Positions 40,021 to 50,458 of a stretch of DNA of 64,000 bases are shown piece by piece. Under the pieces are notes generated by a model, which ran no database searches, had not been told where the DNA came from, and was given only the letters and a program-made list of their open reading frames with translations. Origin of the DNA: a virus (taxonomy: Duplodnaviria > Caudoviricetes); IMG/VR virus record IMGVR_UViG_3300000942_000002, positions 25,012 to 89,011 of that record; one strand, given 5' to 3'. A program made the position numbers and the translations under genes. Position 1 is the stretch's first letter. Each line of letters starts with the position of its first letter.

Positions 40021-40368
40021 TTACTCTTTATCTGTTGGTAATACACTTTTTGGATCAAATCTATCATCCAAGTCTGGTCTGTTTTCCATCATCCAAGATA
40101 AAAATAAAGCGTTACATTGGATGTGACCTATATGAGATAGACCGGATTCTGGGTCATTATCTTGTTTTTCCATAAAAGCATCAAGATGCCTTTTCATACT
40201 TTCACAAATTTCAACTATAGATAAACCTTTCATCCAATTATGAGCTGCGTACTTTTGAGCTCCAAATTCTAAAACTTCCACCATTGGTAATAAAGCTGAT
40301 TGAGGGACTAACCCCCATTTAGCTTTCCCTTGATTATGTCTAGTTCCTTTTTCTTCTACCTCTGTCAT
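40021..40368 (-). CDS. dATP/dGTP diphosphohydrolase domain protein (DUF5664-like)
   Basis: GK..W.L.P......V..FGA.KY..HNW.KG...RH......D.ESG..H..H..CN..FL pattern. Confidence 0.8.
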   Translation of the reverse strand: MTEVEEKGTRHNQGKAKWGLVPQSALLPMVEVLEFGAQKYAAHNWMKGLSIVEICESMKRHLDAFMEKQDNDPESGLSHIGHIQCNALFLSWMMENRPDLDDRFDPKSVLPTDKE

Positions 40369-41498
40369 ATGATACCTTTTATATAATCTATTTTAATGAT
40401 TTCAGGGTTTTCCTGAATTACAATATCTTCAGAGAATTCTATCTCTGCATAGTGACAGTAATCATCTAAAAGTTGTTCATATCCTTTTACTTCGCTATAG
40501 AACAAAACTCTCTTCTCTTTAACACTTCCATTACTATCAGCAGTAAAACTTCCTTCTGAAGATCCCCACTGGCCATGTAAAAGAGTTTGTCTTGAAATTT
40601 CATACACAAGAGGTGTTCCTATACTTGTAGTAGACTCTACAACAAATTTAAAAGGAGCTATAAGATCTACACTAACTTTAAAGTGTTCCTGTAAGCCTCT
40701 CACGTACCAAGCAGCTTGAATATCATACCTATGTTGCTTTATTTTTCCGTGAAATTGTAAAGTATTCCCGGACATAGTTTTTAAATCAACAGGCTCTATC
40801 TTTATGATATTTCCTTCGTCATCTTTATGGACTACCACTAGATCCATCAAAGCCTTACAATCTATTCCTTTGTAAGAAAAATAAATAGGAAGTTGGTAAT
40901 AAAAATCCATATTTGTAAAACCAGCTTGTTCTACTCTATCAAAGTACTTTTTAGTTCTAGGATTTGTAGTCAAAGACATTACTATAGAATCAATCTTATT
41001 TTTCAATTCTACAGTTAATATTTTCTTACCTAAAGAATTCTTTAAATCTTCAAAGTAAGGAATTCCTCTTTCAATAAGCCCTTGAGTTCTTTTCTCTCCA
41101 GGTTTACCTTTATACCAATCTTGATCAACAATAGCAATAGACAACATTTCCAGGTACCCAGAAAGGGGTAAATCTATTTCTACTTCATTTCCCACTAGTT
41201 CATCAAACACTTGCTTGATTATTAATATTTCAGCATCTGAAGGTTTTTTCTCTAATGTAGAAACATAGTATTGTTTCTCGAATTCTCCTTCTACTCCTGT
41301 TAAGATAGTATCCACAGCTCCTCCAATTAAAAAATAATCTGGGTCGGGTTTACCTTCCTCTTTATCTTTTCTTTTTTTTGCAAGAGCAGCTAGATAGTTA
41401 TCTAAACCTCCCATTAAATTTTTTAGAGATGATTGATTTACATCTTCTGAAGCAAAATAATCATCAATTTGTTCTTGGGTTGCAATAATTACTCCCAT
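40365..41498 (-). CDS. PD-(D/E)xK exonuclease (RecE/exonuclease VIII-like)
   Basis: CKALMD...VDLKT...YDIQAAWY. Confidence 0.8.
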   Translation of the reverse strand: MGVIIATQEQIDDYFASEDVNQSSLKNLMGGLDNYLAALAKKRKDKEEGKPDPDYFLIGGAVDTILTGVEGEFEKQYYVSTLEKKPSDAEILIIKQVFDELVGNEVEIDLPLSGYLEMLSIAIVDQDWYKGKPGEKRTQGLIERGIPYFEDLKNSLGKKILTVELKNKIDSIVMSLTTNPRTKKYFDRVEQAGFTNMDFYYQLPIYFSYKGIDCKALMDLVVVHKDDEGNIIKIEPVDLKTMSGNTLQFHGKIKQHRYDIQAAWYVRGLQEHFKVSVDLIAPFKFVVESTTSIGTPLVYEISRQTLLHGQWGSSEGSFTADSNGSVKEKRVLFYSEVKGYEQLLDDYCHYAEIEFSEDIVIQENPEIIKIDYIKGII

Positions 41499-42058
41499 TC
41501 TCTGTTTTTTATTAATTGTTTAAATTTTTCAAAACTCATTACAACTAATTTTTCTTTTTCTTCTTTATCGTTAATAAAGAGCATAATACCATCAGGACTA
41601 GAGTTTATCACTTCTTCAAAAGTCCAACCTCTTTTTTGCCCTTTTTTAACAGGCATATCTATTATGTTAATAACCTCACTTGCAAACAGTCTTCTGAAAC
41701 TTTTGTCCCAGAAAAATACAAGTTCATCAGTCTCTTTTTTCTTTTTTCCTCTTCCTGTATCTTTTTTATGAATAAGTACATCTTCTTGTTTGTGTACAGC
41801 ATCATAAGGAGGAAACAGTTCCGGAAGTCTTTCTCTAATAACTTTTAATGTTTTAAACTCATTGAGTCCTTTGGCATATCCAGCTTTAATTTGGACATTA
41901 AAAGGGAGAAAGTTTAGATCTATTCCAGCATCATCTAACATTCTGTTAGACTGTCTTGAGGTCTTACAGAAAGAGAAGCCAAGATCTTCTCTGAAAATCT
42001 TAGCATAGTATCTTTCTGCATTACTACCTTTTCTTTTGTTAGTAGATCCTTTACCCAT
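41489..42058 (-). CDS. Putative Holliday junction resolvase (PD-(D/E)xK)
   Basis: N-terminal KRKGSNAER...D.GIDL...VQIK. Confidence 0.7.
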   Translation of the reverse strand: MGKGSTNKRKGSNAERYYAKIFREDLGFSFCKTSRQSNRMLDDAGIDLNFLPFNVQIKAGYAKGLNEFKTLKVIRERLPELFPPYDAVHKQEDVLIHKKDTGRGKKKKETDELVFFWDKSFRRLFASEVINIIDMPVKKGQKRGWTFEEVINSSPDGIMLFINDKEEKEKLVVMSFEKFKQLIKNREWE

Positions 42059-42064
42059 GAAAGG

Positions 42065-43231
42065 TTACATTTGCTTAATTCTTAAGCTTTCTTTTATGTC
42101 CTCTAATCTTGCTACAATATTGTTTCTATTGATTTCCGGGATTACAGGTATATTTAGACTATAATCAGATAAATCTTCAGTATTCATCTCTCCTACATAG
42201 GAAATCATGTCCATAAAATTATCTTCAAATCCATCTTCAATATCTTCATCCAAAATGTTACCATTTTCATCAAAAGCTACAACTGCCACAGGGTAATAAG
42301 CACAAGTTCTCATTTTACCATAACTATCTTGAGGTGGTACTGCCACCACATCAGCAGGATTAACAAGAACTCTCAAACCAGTGTCTCCAAAATAGTTGCT
42401 TTGTAACCAAGATTTCCCGGCAACATGTAATCCTCTACTACAAGTGTTTTCTTGTTTAGAATCACATTTACTTCTATCCATAGTAACTGGCTCTCCAATA
42501 CGAATAGTAAATTTTCTTGTGTAATCATCAGTATAAACTGGAGCCACATCTTCGTCAGAAAGCTTATCATATAATTCAGCTAGATTACCTTTTACTTTCA
42601 ATAGTTTATTCTGGGAAGTGGTATAAATTCTTTCCCCATCTTTATCTTTACCAATAAAATACTTTTTTGGAGATTTTTTCTGTTTGAATTTAATTTTTGT
42701 AAAAGAGTCTGTAATAAATTTTGCCCATTTAGAACTAATCTCAGATCCTTGTTTTTTAAGAACTACATTTCTATAAGCAACGAATAACCCAGATTTAGAA
42801 ATAGTCATTCCATACCTATTTAAGAACCAAAATAAATTAGTTCTAGCTCTACTATCTGGATTTAGAGAAGCTAAAGTCCAAAAATTTAGGTAAGTAGACA
42901 ATAGTTCAATATTATCAGTTTTTTCTGCATTCCATATAGCTACAGCTAAATCTTCTGGTAGACTTAATTCTGAAATAGACCTGATAAACACACTAGTCCC
43001 AGATACAGTTAAGTATTCTGACTGGCTGAAATTCTCAAGAAGATCTAATTTATTTTCAATTTCTTCTTTAGTTTCTGTATACTTTGGCATAAGTATTTCT
43101 CTAACTAAATGTGGATTGTCTTGATTACTTAAGACATCTTCATACATTTCTTCAGTACAAGAGCTATTTGTTAGCATAGTACCGTCATTTAAAATAACAC
43201 TGATGTTATTCTTAATTCTCATTATTTTCAT
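42065..43231 (-). CDS. rIIB: rIIB-like protein
   Basis: NP....R..LF.FL, LFVAYRNV, TCSRGLHV and VNPADVVAVP..GKMRTCAY; follows rIIA. Confidence 0.85.
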   Translation of the reverse strand: MKIMRIKNNISVILNDGTMLTNSSCTEEMYEDVLSNQDNPHLVREILMPKYTETKEEIENKLDLLENFSQSEYLTVSGTSVFIRSISELSLPEDLAVAIWNAEKTDNIELLSTYLNFWTLASLNPDSRARTNLFWFLNRYGMTISKSGLFVAYRNVVLKKQGSEISSKWAKFITDSFTKIKFKQKKSPKKYFIGKDKDGERIYTTSQNKLLKVKGNLAELYDKLSDEDVAPVYTDDYTRKFTIRIGEPVTMDRSKCDSKQENTCSRGLHVAGKSWLQSNYFGDTGLRVLVNPADVVAVPPQDSYGKMRTCAYYPVAVVAFDENGNILDEDIEDGFEDNFMDMISYVGEMNTEDLSDYSLNIPVIPEINRNNIVARLEDIKESLRIKQM

Positions 43232-45569
43232 CTTCTTCAGACTTTAAGTTAAATATTGTTTCTTTCTTTAATTTTAAAACTGCTTTTACATTTGGTCTTA
43301 TCAATTTTCTAGCCAGTAGATAATCAACTATTAAATTTACCCTATTCTCCGGAATATGTAAAGTAGAAGAGAATCTACTTTCAGTCTGTGTAAAATCAAT
43401 AAGTACTTGAGCATTTAATAACTCTTTCTTATGCTTATTAAAAGTTGCTCTAATAGATTCGTTAAAATAATCTTTTTCTTCACAGATCTCGTATATCTCT
43501 TTTACTAACTTTTCTTCTTCATCGGATAGACGAGAAGAGTTTGCTCCATAAGTATAGACAAATTCTGCCAATTCTTTCACAGCATTTTCTAATTTTTCAG
43601 ATATTTTACCTAAATTTTTGATCTTTGAAAGGTCTTTTAAAATAGGTAATTCTCTGTTGAGGTACTCTACTGTAGCTATATTTCTTAGTAAAGTGAATTT
43701 AGTGTCCATAAAATCTTCAATTTTAACAAAATTTTCAACATCTTTTAGTAATTTTAGTTTAGTGGGGGCTAATTCTACCATTGAAGGTCTAGCTCCGGGT
43801 TTAAGGTATCCAAAAAGAGTTCTTAATTTTTCACAATTCTTTTCTCCGTAAATAGTAAGAGAACTGAATTGTTTTTTAAGATCTTTCATTACATGAGGAG
43901 TTGAGTCAGTCATAACTCCACCTCCATAATCCTTAAATCTCAACTCATGTAGATTGATATTCTGTTTCCAATCGAAACCCACTCTTTTTGTCGTAGCTCT
44001 TTTTGCTTTATCAGCAGCTTTTGTGTCATCAATCCATTTCTGAGGTACTTTTGAATCATTAAAAGTTTGTAGTTTTCCAATATTTCCTAAAACATAGTTT
44101 ACTATAACTTTAAATATCCTGTTATCATAAAAAATCTTTGTTCTATTAAAACCTTGAGAGATTCTCCTATCATTTTCTTTAACAACATCTTTAAGCCTTT
44201 CCATATACTTTTTAACATAGTATTTTATAGGCCTATCGTTTTTGATAAAGTAAGATGGATCTTCAAAAGTTTCTCGAATATATCTCTTAGTAATATTCTT
44301 AACTTCTCCTAGATCAGCTAAATGAGTAGAAGAAAATTTAGATTTTATGTTTTCCAAAGACCTTGTTTCTGAAACATATTTTATCTGACCATTTCTAAAC
44401 ACATACTGAGCTGTAATTCCATGATAACTCATGAAAACATCATATAGTTGCTTAAAAGATCTGGCATCATAAGATTCTCCATTAAGAGTTAGATTTCTTT
44501 TTGAATCTGAGAGTTTGAGAGCAACTCTAACGTCATCTTTCTCCAAAAGAATAAGATACTGCTTATCTTCAATTGCTTGAAGGTAGTCTTGTATCTTTGT
44601 AAAATCTTTTGTTTTTTCCCTCATTATAAGCTTCTCAATTTCTTCAAGAGCTAAATCTAATTTATCCTCTATCGTCTGCTTATTTTTTGGAGAATATAAT
44701 ATCTCCTCTCTATTTGGAGTTACTTCAAGATCCCCAATATCAAATTTTAGAGATATAGGATAATCAGATATTTTTGCAGCATACTGTTTATCCAAATTTT
44801 CTATCCTTACAGGGTATCTTACTTTTCCGAGAACTAGATTAATTTTTTTGGTCCCATCTAAAGTGTTGACCCAAAAATTATCATACTTCTTTATCGAAAA
44901 AGTGTTATACTGTTCCTGAATATTTGTTCTATTTGTAATAACTCCATCTTCTCTTGTTGAATCTATGATATATAGATTCTCGAAGTATACTAATTGAGAT
45001 TTAATTGCATTTGCAAAATTTTGAAAATCTCCTTGCTTTATCTCTACTTTTACTTCGAGCCCATTTCTTTCTTCTGTCTCTTGACTGTGTAAAAGATCAA
45101 TAGAAATACTATTCCCATCTTTATACATCATATAAAGATACTTCATACCTTCATAGTTAGAGGTAATATGCACTACATCTGAGTAAGCTAAAGCTGAAAA
45201 TCTTCCTATACCAAATCCTCCAATTTGATTATTATTTGTTCTTTTTGTAGAACTTCCAATATTTTTATAAATCTGATCAAACCTTTCTGGACTCAATCCA
45301 ACCCCAAAATCTTGTACTCTACAAAATTCTCTCCCTTCAGTGTCTTTTAACAATTCTAAGATAACAGGTTCATCTACCCCGGCCTCAGTGTGAGAATCCC
45401 AGGCATTACTTACTGTTTCTCTAATAAAAGATTCTATAGGTTTTGAGTATAAATTTGTTGATAATATGGTAACAATGAAATCGATATTATTTGTATCAAT
45501 TGATACATTGTTATTTTTAATATCACCTACTGCTACTGCTTCTTTTTCTTGTTCTGTATTAAAAATCAT
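43212..45569 (-). CDS. rIIA: rIIA-like protein with an HSP90/GHKL ATPase N-terminus
   Basis: LYSKPIESFIRETVSNAWDSH, QDFGVGLS and GGFGIG. Confidence 0.85.
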   Translation of the reverse strand: MIFNTEQEKEAVAVGDIKNNNVSIDTNNIDFIVTILSTNLYSKPIESFIRETVSNAWDSHTEAGVDEPVILELLKDTEGREFCRVQDFGVGLSPERFDQIYKNIGSSTKRTNNNQIGGFGIGRFSALAYSDVVHITSNYEGMKYLYMMYKDGNSISIDLLHSQETEERNGLEVKVEIKQGDFQNFANAIKSQLVYFENLYIIDSTREDGVITNRTNIQEQYNTFSIKKYDNFWVNTLDGTKKINLVLGKVRYPVRIENLDKQYAAKISDYPISLKFDIGDLEVTPNREEILYSPKNKQTIEDKLDLALEEIEKLIMREKTKDFTKIQDYLQAIEDKQYLILLEKDDVRVALKLSDSKRNLTLNGESYDARSFKQLYDVFMSYHGITAQYVFRNGQIKYVSETRSLENIKSKFSSTHLADLGEVKNITKRYIRETFEDPSYFIKNDRPIKYYVKKYMERLKDVVKENDRRISQGFNRTKIFYDNRIFKVIVNYVLGNIGKLQTFNDSKVPQKWIDDTKAADKAKRATTKRVGFDWKQNINLHELRFKDYGGGVMTDSTPHVMKDLKKQFSSLTIYGEKNCEKLRTLFGYLKPGARPSMVELAPTKLKLLKDVENFVKIEDFMDTKFTLLRNIATVEYLNRELPILKDLSKIKNLGKISEKLENAVKELAEFVYTYGANSSRLSDEEEKLVKEIYEICEEKDYFNESIRATFNKHKKELLNAQVLIDFTQTESRFSSTLHIPENRVNLIVDYLLARKLIRPNVKAVLKLKKETIFNLKSEEDENNEN

Positions 45570-46289
45570 TTACCAAGTAATTTTCTTTAAACTTCTTTTT
45601 TCTAAAACTTTGTTTGTATAGTAAAAGCAATTACTACCAAAAAATCCAGCTTTTCCTCCTGCATAAGCTTCAGCAGCAGGATGAGGTGCAGATATGGTAT
45701 AATTAAACAAAGGATCCACAGGGATCTCTTCAATAGTTGTCCTACTATAACCTTTTACTTCAAAAGGATTTTTTATGTTGGAAATATGACCTTGAGCTTT
45801 CTTCCCCCAAAGTAACCAAGTACAGGGATTTTCCTCACTAATGTAGGAAACTACCATTTTGGTGAAATCTGTCCAATATTTTAGGTGACTCCCAGCATTA
45901 CCAGTTTCTACTGTCAAAGCTGTATTAAGTAAAAATACTCCTTGGTCTACCCAATTTATTAAGTTTATATCTCCTTCATTGTTAATATTGAAAGGATCTG
46001 TTGCTTCTATTTCTTTTACGATATTTCTCAAAGAAACAGGAAGTTTTCTCCCCTCATTAATTGCAAAAGCATAACCTATAGCATCCCCTGGTCTCGGGTA
46101 TGGGTCTTGTCCTAGAATGACCACTTTAATATCTTTTACAGGCATTTCAAAAACTCTGAAAATTTTCTCATACTCTGGTTGATAAGACATTGTACTAAGA
46201 CTGCTTAAAAAGCTTACCAAAGGCTCCTTGTAAGCCAAGCTATGTAATAATGGAATCCAAGATTCATGAACATTTTTGAATAAATTCAT
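45570..46289 (-). CDS. ung: Family 1 uracil-DNA glycosylase
   Basis: VVILGQDPY, GVFLLNTALTV and HP. Confidence 0.93.
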   Translation of the reverse strand: MNLFKNVHESWIPLLHSLAYKEPLVSFLSSLSTMSYQPEYEKIFRVFEMPVKDIKVVILGQDPYPRPGDAIGYAFAINEGRKLPVSLRNIVKEIEATDPFNINNEGDINLINWVDQGVFLLNTALTVETGNAGSHLKYWTDFTKMVVSYISEENPCTWLLWGKKAQGHISNIKNPFEVKGYSRTTIEEIPVDPLFNYTISAPHPAAEAYAGGKAGFFGSNCFYYTNKVLEKRSLKKITW

Positions 46290-47359
46290 AATAAAATTCT
46301 TTTACTTTTTAAAAAATTAACTAGTTCTTGTTTGCTTTTTCTGTACACAAGATCTGAAGGATCAGATATCTTTTGTTCTAATAATTCTACAGGCAGGGGT
46401 ACACTGCTTGCTTTTTTTATCCCCAGATTATTAATTACTTCTACTAAACTTTTTGAAGCTTTAATCCCGGCCTCATCATTATCAAAGAATACAACGATTT
46501 TATCAAAATTTCTAATAAGGTCCCAAAATTTGTTTTCTCTTTTTGGAAACATACCTTCATTTTGTAACCATCTTACATTAAGTCCTAAATTCCTAAGAAC
46601 TCTGTAGTCTTTGTATGATTTACTTATGATTAGAAGTCTTCCAGATTGGACATTAGTGTTCATCCCTCCAACATCGTTTGCATCACAATTTGTTATAAAT
46701 CTTTTACTGCCTTTCTGTTTAGGCCTGTAAATTTTTTTATTGCCACTTTCAAATTCAGTATAAGCATAGGCAATATCATTTACTCTAAACATATGGTCTC
46801 CAGTTTTTGTATTAAAAAGTTTAAATTTCTTAACAGGAAAAACTTTATCTTCTATAAGATTTTCTTTAGTTATACCATATTTTGTGTACCAGAAGTTTCT
46901 ATCTTGAAGATAGAAATCTCTTGTATTCATTAATATTTTAACTCTTTTCTTGACTTTTTTAGGAGCTTTTTTGTAAACTTTGTGTACTATATCATGTTTG
47001 ATATCTCTGTCATCAATTAATTTTGCTTTTATAAACTCTAAAGTTTTATAAAAGTTAGGCAACCCATAATACACCATAACAGAATCAAAACAATCTATAT
47101 TCGACATCTTAACTCCATTTATAACTCTTGTATCTGCAAAATCTGTAAATCTTAATTTATTTGTATTAAGATCAACTTCAAACCAACACCCAGGATTTTC
47201 ATCTTCTCTAAAAGGAGAAGTAATATACTCAAATTCCACAGGTTTAAAACCAAAGACAAGTTGGAATATGTCCTCTTGTGTGACATATTCCAATATCTTA
47301 TCCTTGCTAATAAAACCACTTTCTACTATTTTGTCAGTAGTTCTATTAAATTTTGCCAT
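46286..47359 (-). CDS. dnaG: DNA primase (Toprim)
   Basis: N-terminal SPFRED and Toprim FDNDEAG; crAss-like primase position. Confidence 0.8.
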   Translation of the reverse strand: MAKFNRTTDKIVESGFISKDKILEYVTQEDIFQLVFGFKPVEFEYITSPFREDENPGCWFEVDLNTNKLRFTDFADTRVINGVKMSNIDCFDSVMVYYGLPNFYKTLEFIKAKLIDDRDIKHDIVHKVYKKAPKKVKKRVKILMNTRDFYLQDRNFWYTKYGITKENLIEDKVFPVKKFKLFNTKTGDHMFRVNDIAYAYTEFESGNKKIYRPKQKGSKRFITNCDANDVGGMNTNVQSGRLLIISKSYKDYRVLRNLGLNVRWLQNEGMFPKRENKFWDLIRNFDKIVVFFDNDEAGIKASKSLVEVINNLGIKKASSVPLPVELLEQKISDPSDLVYRKSKQELVNFLKSKRILL

Positions 47360-47370
47360 TACTTAGTATT

Positions 47371-48126
47371 TTACCACTTAGATTTTGTTGCAGTAGTTCC
47401 TGCCATAGGAGCTCCAGGTGCAGCAGCAGAAGTCTCTTCTTCTCCTTCAATTTGCTGTTTAGCTTTGTTGCTTTCCATGTAGTTTGAGCTACGGCTAAAT
47501 GGGTGCTCATTTTGAGCTGAATCTACATAACGTAGCCCATCAGCATCAATAACCTCTTCCCATTTTCCAGTTGGAGCAACATGAGGAGCCAAGAATCGGC
47601 CACCCTTCATATTCTTTGGTAATTGAAGGTAGGTACGATCATTATCATCCCCTATACTCCATTGCCATTCTAAGAACACATCTACAGGCTTAGAAGCAAA
47701 ATCTGCTCCTTTAAGTCCACACATTGCAATAGCCCAAGATTTGAAGTCTACCACATTTCCTGCTTGTAATCCTGCACGAATTTGGTCTTCAGTAACACCA
47801 AAAGCTTTAACAGTATGAATAATTACTGCTTCTTTTTGAGCTTTCTCTGCATTGTAAAGTTCATTATAACCAGGCTCATCAGGACCAATCTTGTTATCTC
47901 CTTTGAAAAGTTCTCCGGTAATATCGTAAATTCGAGTTCTGAATTCTTTATCACCTACAGAAACAGTAATATCAATAGCATCTGCTGGAGATTCATCTTT
48001 ACCTGCATTTGGATTATATTCAAATTTTGTAATAAATGCGTTGTTTAATCCAAATTTTCCACCTTGTTTACTTTTTAAGCTTTCGTCATTATCGTTTTGA
48101 AAGCCCCATGCTGTTTTTTCACTCAT
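47371..48126 (-). CDS. Putative ssDNA-binding protein
   Basis: Lies between the primase and the AAA ATPase, with a flexible acidic tail ending in W. The function is inferred only. Confidence 0.4.
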   Translation of the reverse strand: MSEKTAWGFQNDNDESLKSKQGGKFGLNNAFITKFEYNPNAGKDESPADAIDITVSVGDKEFRTRIYDITGELFKGDNKIGPDEPGYNELYNAEKAQKEAVIIHTVKAFGVTEDQIRAGLQAGNVVDFKSWAIAMCGLKGADFASKPVDVFLEWQWSIGDDNDRTYLQLPKNMKGGRFLAPHVAPTGKWEEVIDADGLRYVDSAQNEHPFSRSSNYMESNKAKQQIEGEEETSAAAPGAPMAGTTATKSKW

Positions 48127-48175
48127 ATTATTAATCTTTATTATTTTTAAATTGTTGTTAAAACTCTTTTAAAAT

Positions 48176-48598
48176 TTAATCCCAAGTTGCTTTTGGAGCA
48201 TTTGTAGAGATAGGATCTACTTCCTCAGCTTTTTCTTCAGTTTCCTCCTCTTTTTTAGCTGGTTTTAGAAATTTCTCTCCAAACCCTTTCTTCTGTGGTT
48301 CTGGTTGATCTTGTTGTTGATCTTCAGAGGTCTCCTCTTGCACTTCTTCTTTTTCTTCTGTCTCTTCTTCAGATGCAACTTCTTCCACTTCCTTTACAGG
48401 AATTTCATATGTCTCATCCTCAACTAAAATAAAAGAAGGTTTTTTAATGGTTTTCTTCCCTTTTAATCTCTCATCTTTAAATAAGATTTTACACTCTGAC
48501 ATTGTAATTCCATAATGTTGTGCAATGTCTTCTCTAGTCATACCATCTTTAAGATGCTGTAGGACTTGAGCTACTCCAATAACTTTCTTGTCACTCAT
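48176..48598 (-). CDS. HTH-like protein with a long acidic tail
   Basis: LKDGMTREDIAQHYGIT is HTH-like; the C-terminal half is E-rich and low-complexity. Confidence 0.5.
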   Translation of the reverse strand: MSDKKVIGVAQVLQHLKDGMTREDIAQHYGITMSECKILFKDERLKGKKTIKKPSFILVEDETYEIPVKEVEEVASEEETEEKEEVQEETSEDQQQDQPEPQKKGFGEKFLKPAKKEEETEEKAEEVDPISTNAPKATWD

Positions 48599-48622
48599 TT
48601 TTTAAATATTCTTAATAAAATT

Positions 48623-49333
48623 TTAACCGTAATACTCATCTGCTTTTTTCAACACTAATCCTAAATCATTAGGTATAAGTGCTTCTTCAAACATTCCAGG
48701 GGGAGATTTAGCAGGAATCTCATTTCCTAGAGCATCATTCATTTTCCTAGTTAGAAAATTAAATGTTGTCGTTTTTTCTTTTGGGTCATGCTCAGTATAA
48801 GTGTATAGAGCTATAGGAAATAATCCATCTATAGTTACACTATTATCTAACATTTTTCCAATTGTCTTAATTTTATAAGTACCCTTCTTTTCATCCAATT
48901 CAGAATGGGTTAATACGATCAAGTTTAAATCTCTTCTTAAACTTTTACCTATAGTTGCTACATCATAAGCATGTTTAGCAATCTCAGTAAATTTATCATA
49001 CCCCTTCTTCTTCATTTTAGCGAAAAGTTCATCTGCCATTGTATATTGCCAATCATCGATTACAACATTTTTAATGTCAGGTCTATTTGCACTGATATGA
49101 TTAAGGATTTCTACTATAACAGTTCCATCTGTAGTACAGGCATAATTACCTCCTTCAGATATCATCTTTCCATAACTTCCACGACTCCCTCTAAAAGGTA
49201 AGTCTTTGTCCATCACATTTATAATAGCAGTTTCTGCTGGATTTAAACCTATAAGGCCAAATTCTTCAGCTTTACCAATTGAAGTGGATTTTCCTGAGCC
49301 ACTTTCTCCCACAATTGCAAAAGTTCTTGCCAT
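48623..49333 (-). CDS. AAA_24 / Sak4-like ATPase
   Basis: Walker A GESGSGKS and Walker B VVIDD. Confidence 0.75.
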   Translation of the reverse strand: MARTFAIVGESGSGKSTSIGKAEEFGLIGLNPAETAIINVMDKDLPFRGSRGSYGKMISEGGNYACTTDGTVIVEILNHISANRPDIKNVVIDDWQYTMADELFAKMKKKGYDKFTEIAKHAYDVATIGKSLRRDLNLIVLTHSELDEKKGTYKIKTIGKMLDNSVTIDGLFPIALYTYTEHDPKEKTTTFNFLTRKMNDALGNEIPAKSPPGMFEEALIPNDLGLVLKKADEYYG

Positions 49334-49339
49334 AATTGT

Positions 49340-50458
49340 TTATTTTAATAATTCAAAGTTTTTGATTCCACCAAACATATTTGTTCTAAAATGTTGAGGG
49401 AATTCACAATGTCTACTTTCTACTAAATGAAGAGTTCTTAAATTTGGGAAGATAGGGTTATCTTTACTATCACGTATTATAGTTCCAAAATGTTTCTTAA
49501 GGTTATACCTTTGGTCATTTGGGTTAAATATAGTAAATACAAAGTCCGCATCTTCTGCTAAATTCCCAGTATCTTTGATATCATCACTACCCGGGAACAA
49601 CATATCGCCAAACTCTTTCATTCTGCCTACTTCAGTCATACCTCTATTAAGATGAATAATATGAGCAAAAGTGTAATTACACCAGTTTCTTAATTCTACA
49701 CTGTATTCAATGTATTTATCCACTGTTTGTTTCATTTGAAAACCTCTCTCTGGGATTAGTTTTCTTAAATGATCTGTAATTATGATGGTATACTTATCTG
49801 GATTATTTGGTTGATACCCAGTAATCCTAGTAGTCTTACCATACTTTGTTGTCATAAATTTTCCATCCTTTTCAGCATGTCTTTTAAGGTATTTATAGAT
49901 TCCTGTTGGATTATCTTTTTCTTCTATGAAAGTTATATATCCTTTTTTTAATTGTCTTCCGTCTGAAGCATATTCCCCAAATAAGGGTATGATCCTTTTT
50001 TCATAGATAGTTTTTAGATGTTCCTTTATTTCTTCACTAACTTTAATAGTTTTTTCATTGTCATCTTGCATTCTCCCTCTTAAATAATCTGGGGAAAGAT
50101 CTATTGTTTTCTGACCTTTTTTGGTAATACCTTCAGGTAAATTAATAGTCAGTATCCCAAAATCATGAAAGAGGAAGTAGGCTGCGAAGTCAAATTCTTT
50201 AGAAACTCTGTCTAACTCAAAAGAGAAGTAAATCCATTCAATAGGGACATTGTTTGCAATTGCATAAAGAAAAGGTTGTATAACAAAAGCATAATCTGTA
50301 AATGTACTTTTTCCTGCCTTTGGTGCTGCTGCGATTCCATAAATTCTTCCTCTTTGCAACCCATTTATAGCTTTAGATACATTCATCAGGCCATCTCCCA
50401 TAGGTAAACCTTTATTACCTCCTTTTTGTCCTTTCTTAAACTCCTCTATAAAGTTCAT
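49340..50458 (-). CDS. dnaB: DnaB-like (SF4) replicative helicase
   Basis: GL..GRIYGIAAAPKAGKST, IITDHL and DIKDTGNLAEDAD. Confidence 0.8.
   Translation of the reverse strand: MNFIEEFKKGQKGGNKGLPMGDGLMNVSKAINGLQRGRIYGIAAAPKAGKSTFTDYAFVIQPFLYAIANNVPIEWIYFSFELDRVSKEFDFAAYFLFHDFGILTINLPEGITKKGQKTIDLSPDYLRGRMQDDNEKTIKVSEEIKEHLKTIYEKRIIPLFGEYASDGRQLKKGYITFIEEKDNPTGIYKYLKRHAEKDGKFMTTKYGKTTRITGYQPNNPDKYTIIITDHLRKLIPERGFQMKQTVDKYIEYSVELRNWCNYTFAHIIHLNRGMTEVGRMKEFGDMLFPGSDDIKDTGNLAEDADFVFTIFNPNDQRYNLKKHFGTIIRDSKDNPIFPNLRTLHLVESRHCEFPQHFRTNMFGGIKNFELLK

Noticed and set aside
40021-40368. 2-aminoadenine (Z) genome
   Set aside because: No PurZ or DatZ is seen in the window, and the DUF5664-like gene alone is insufficient.
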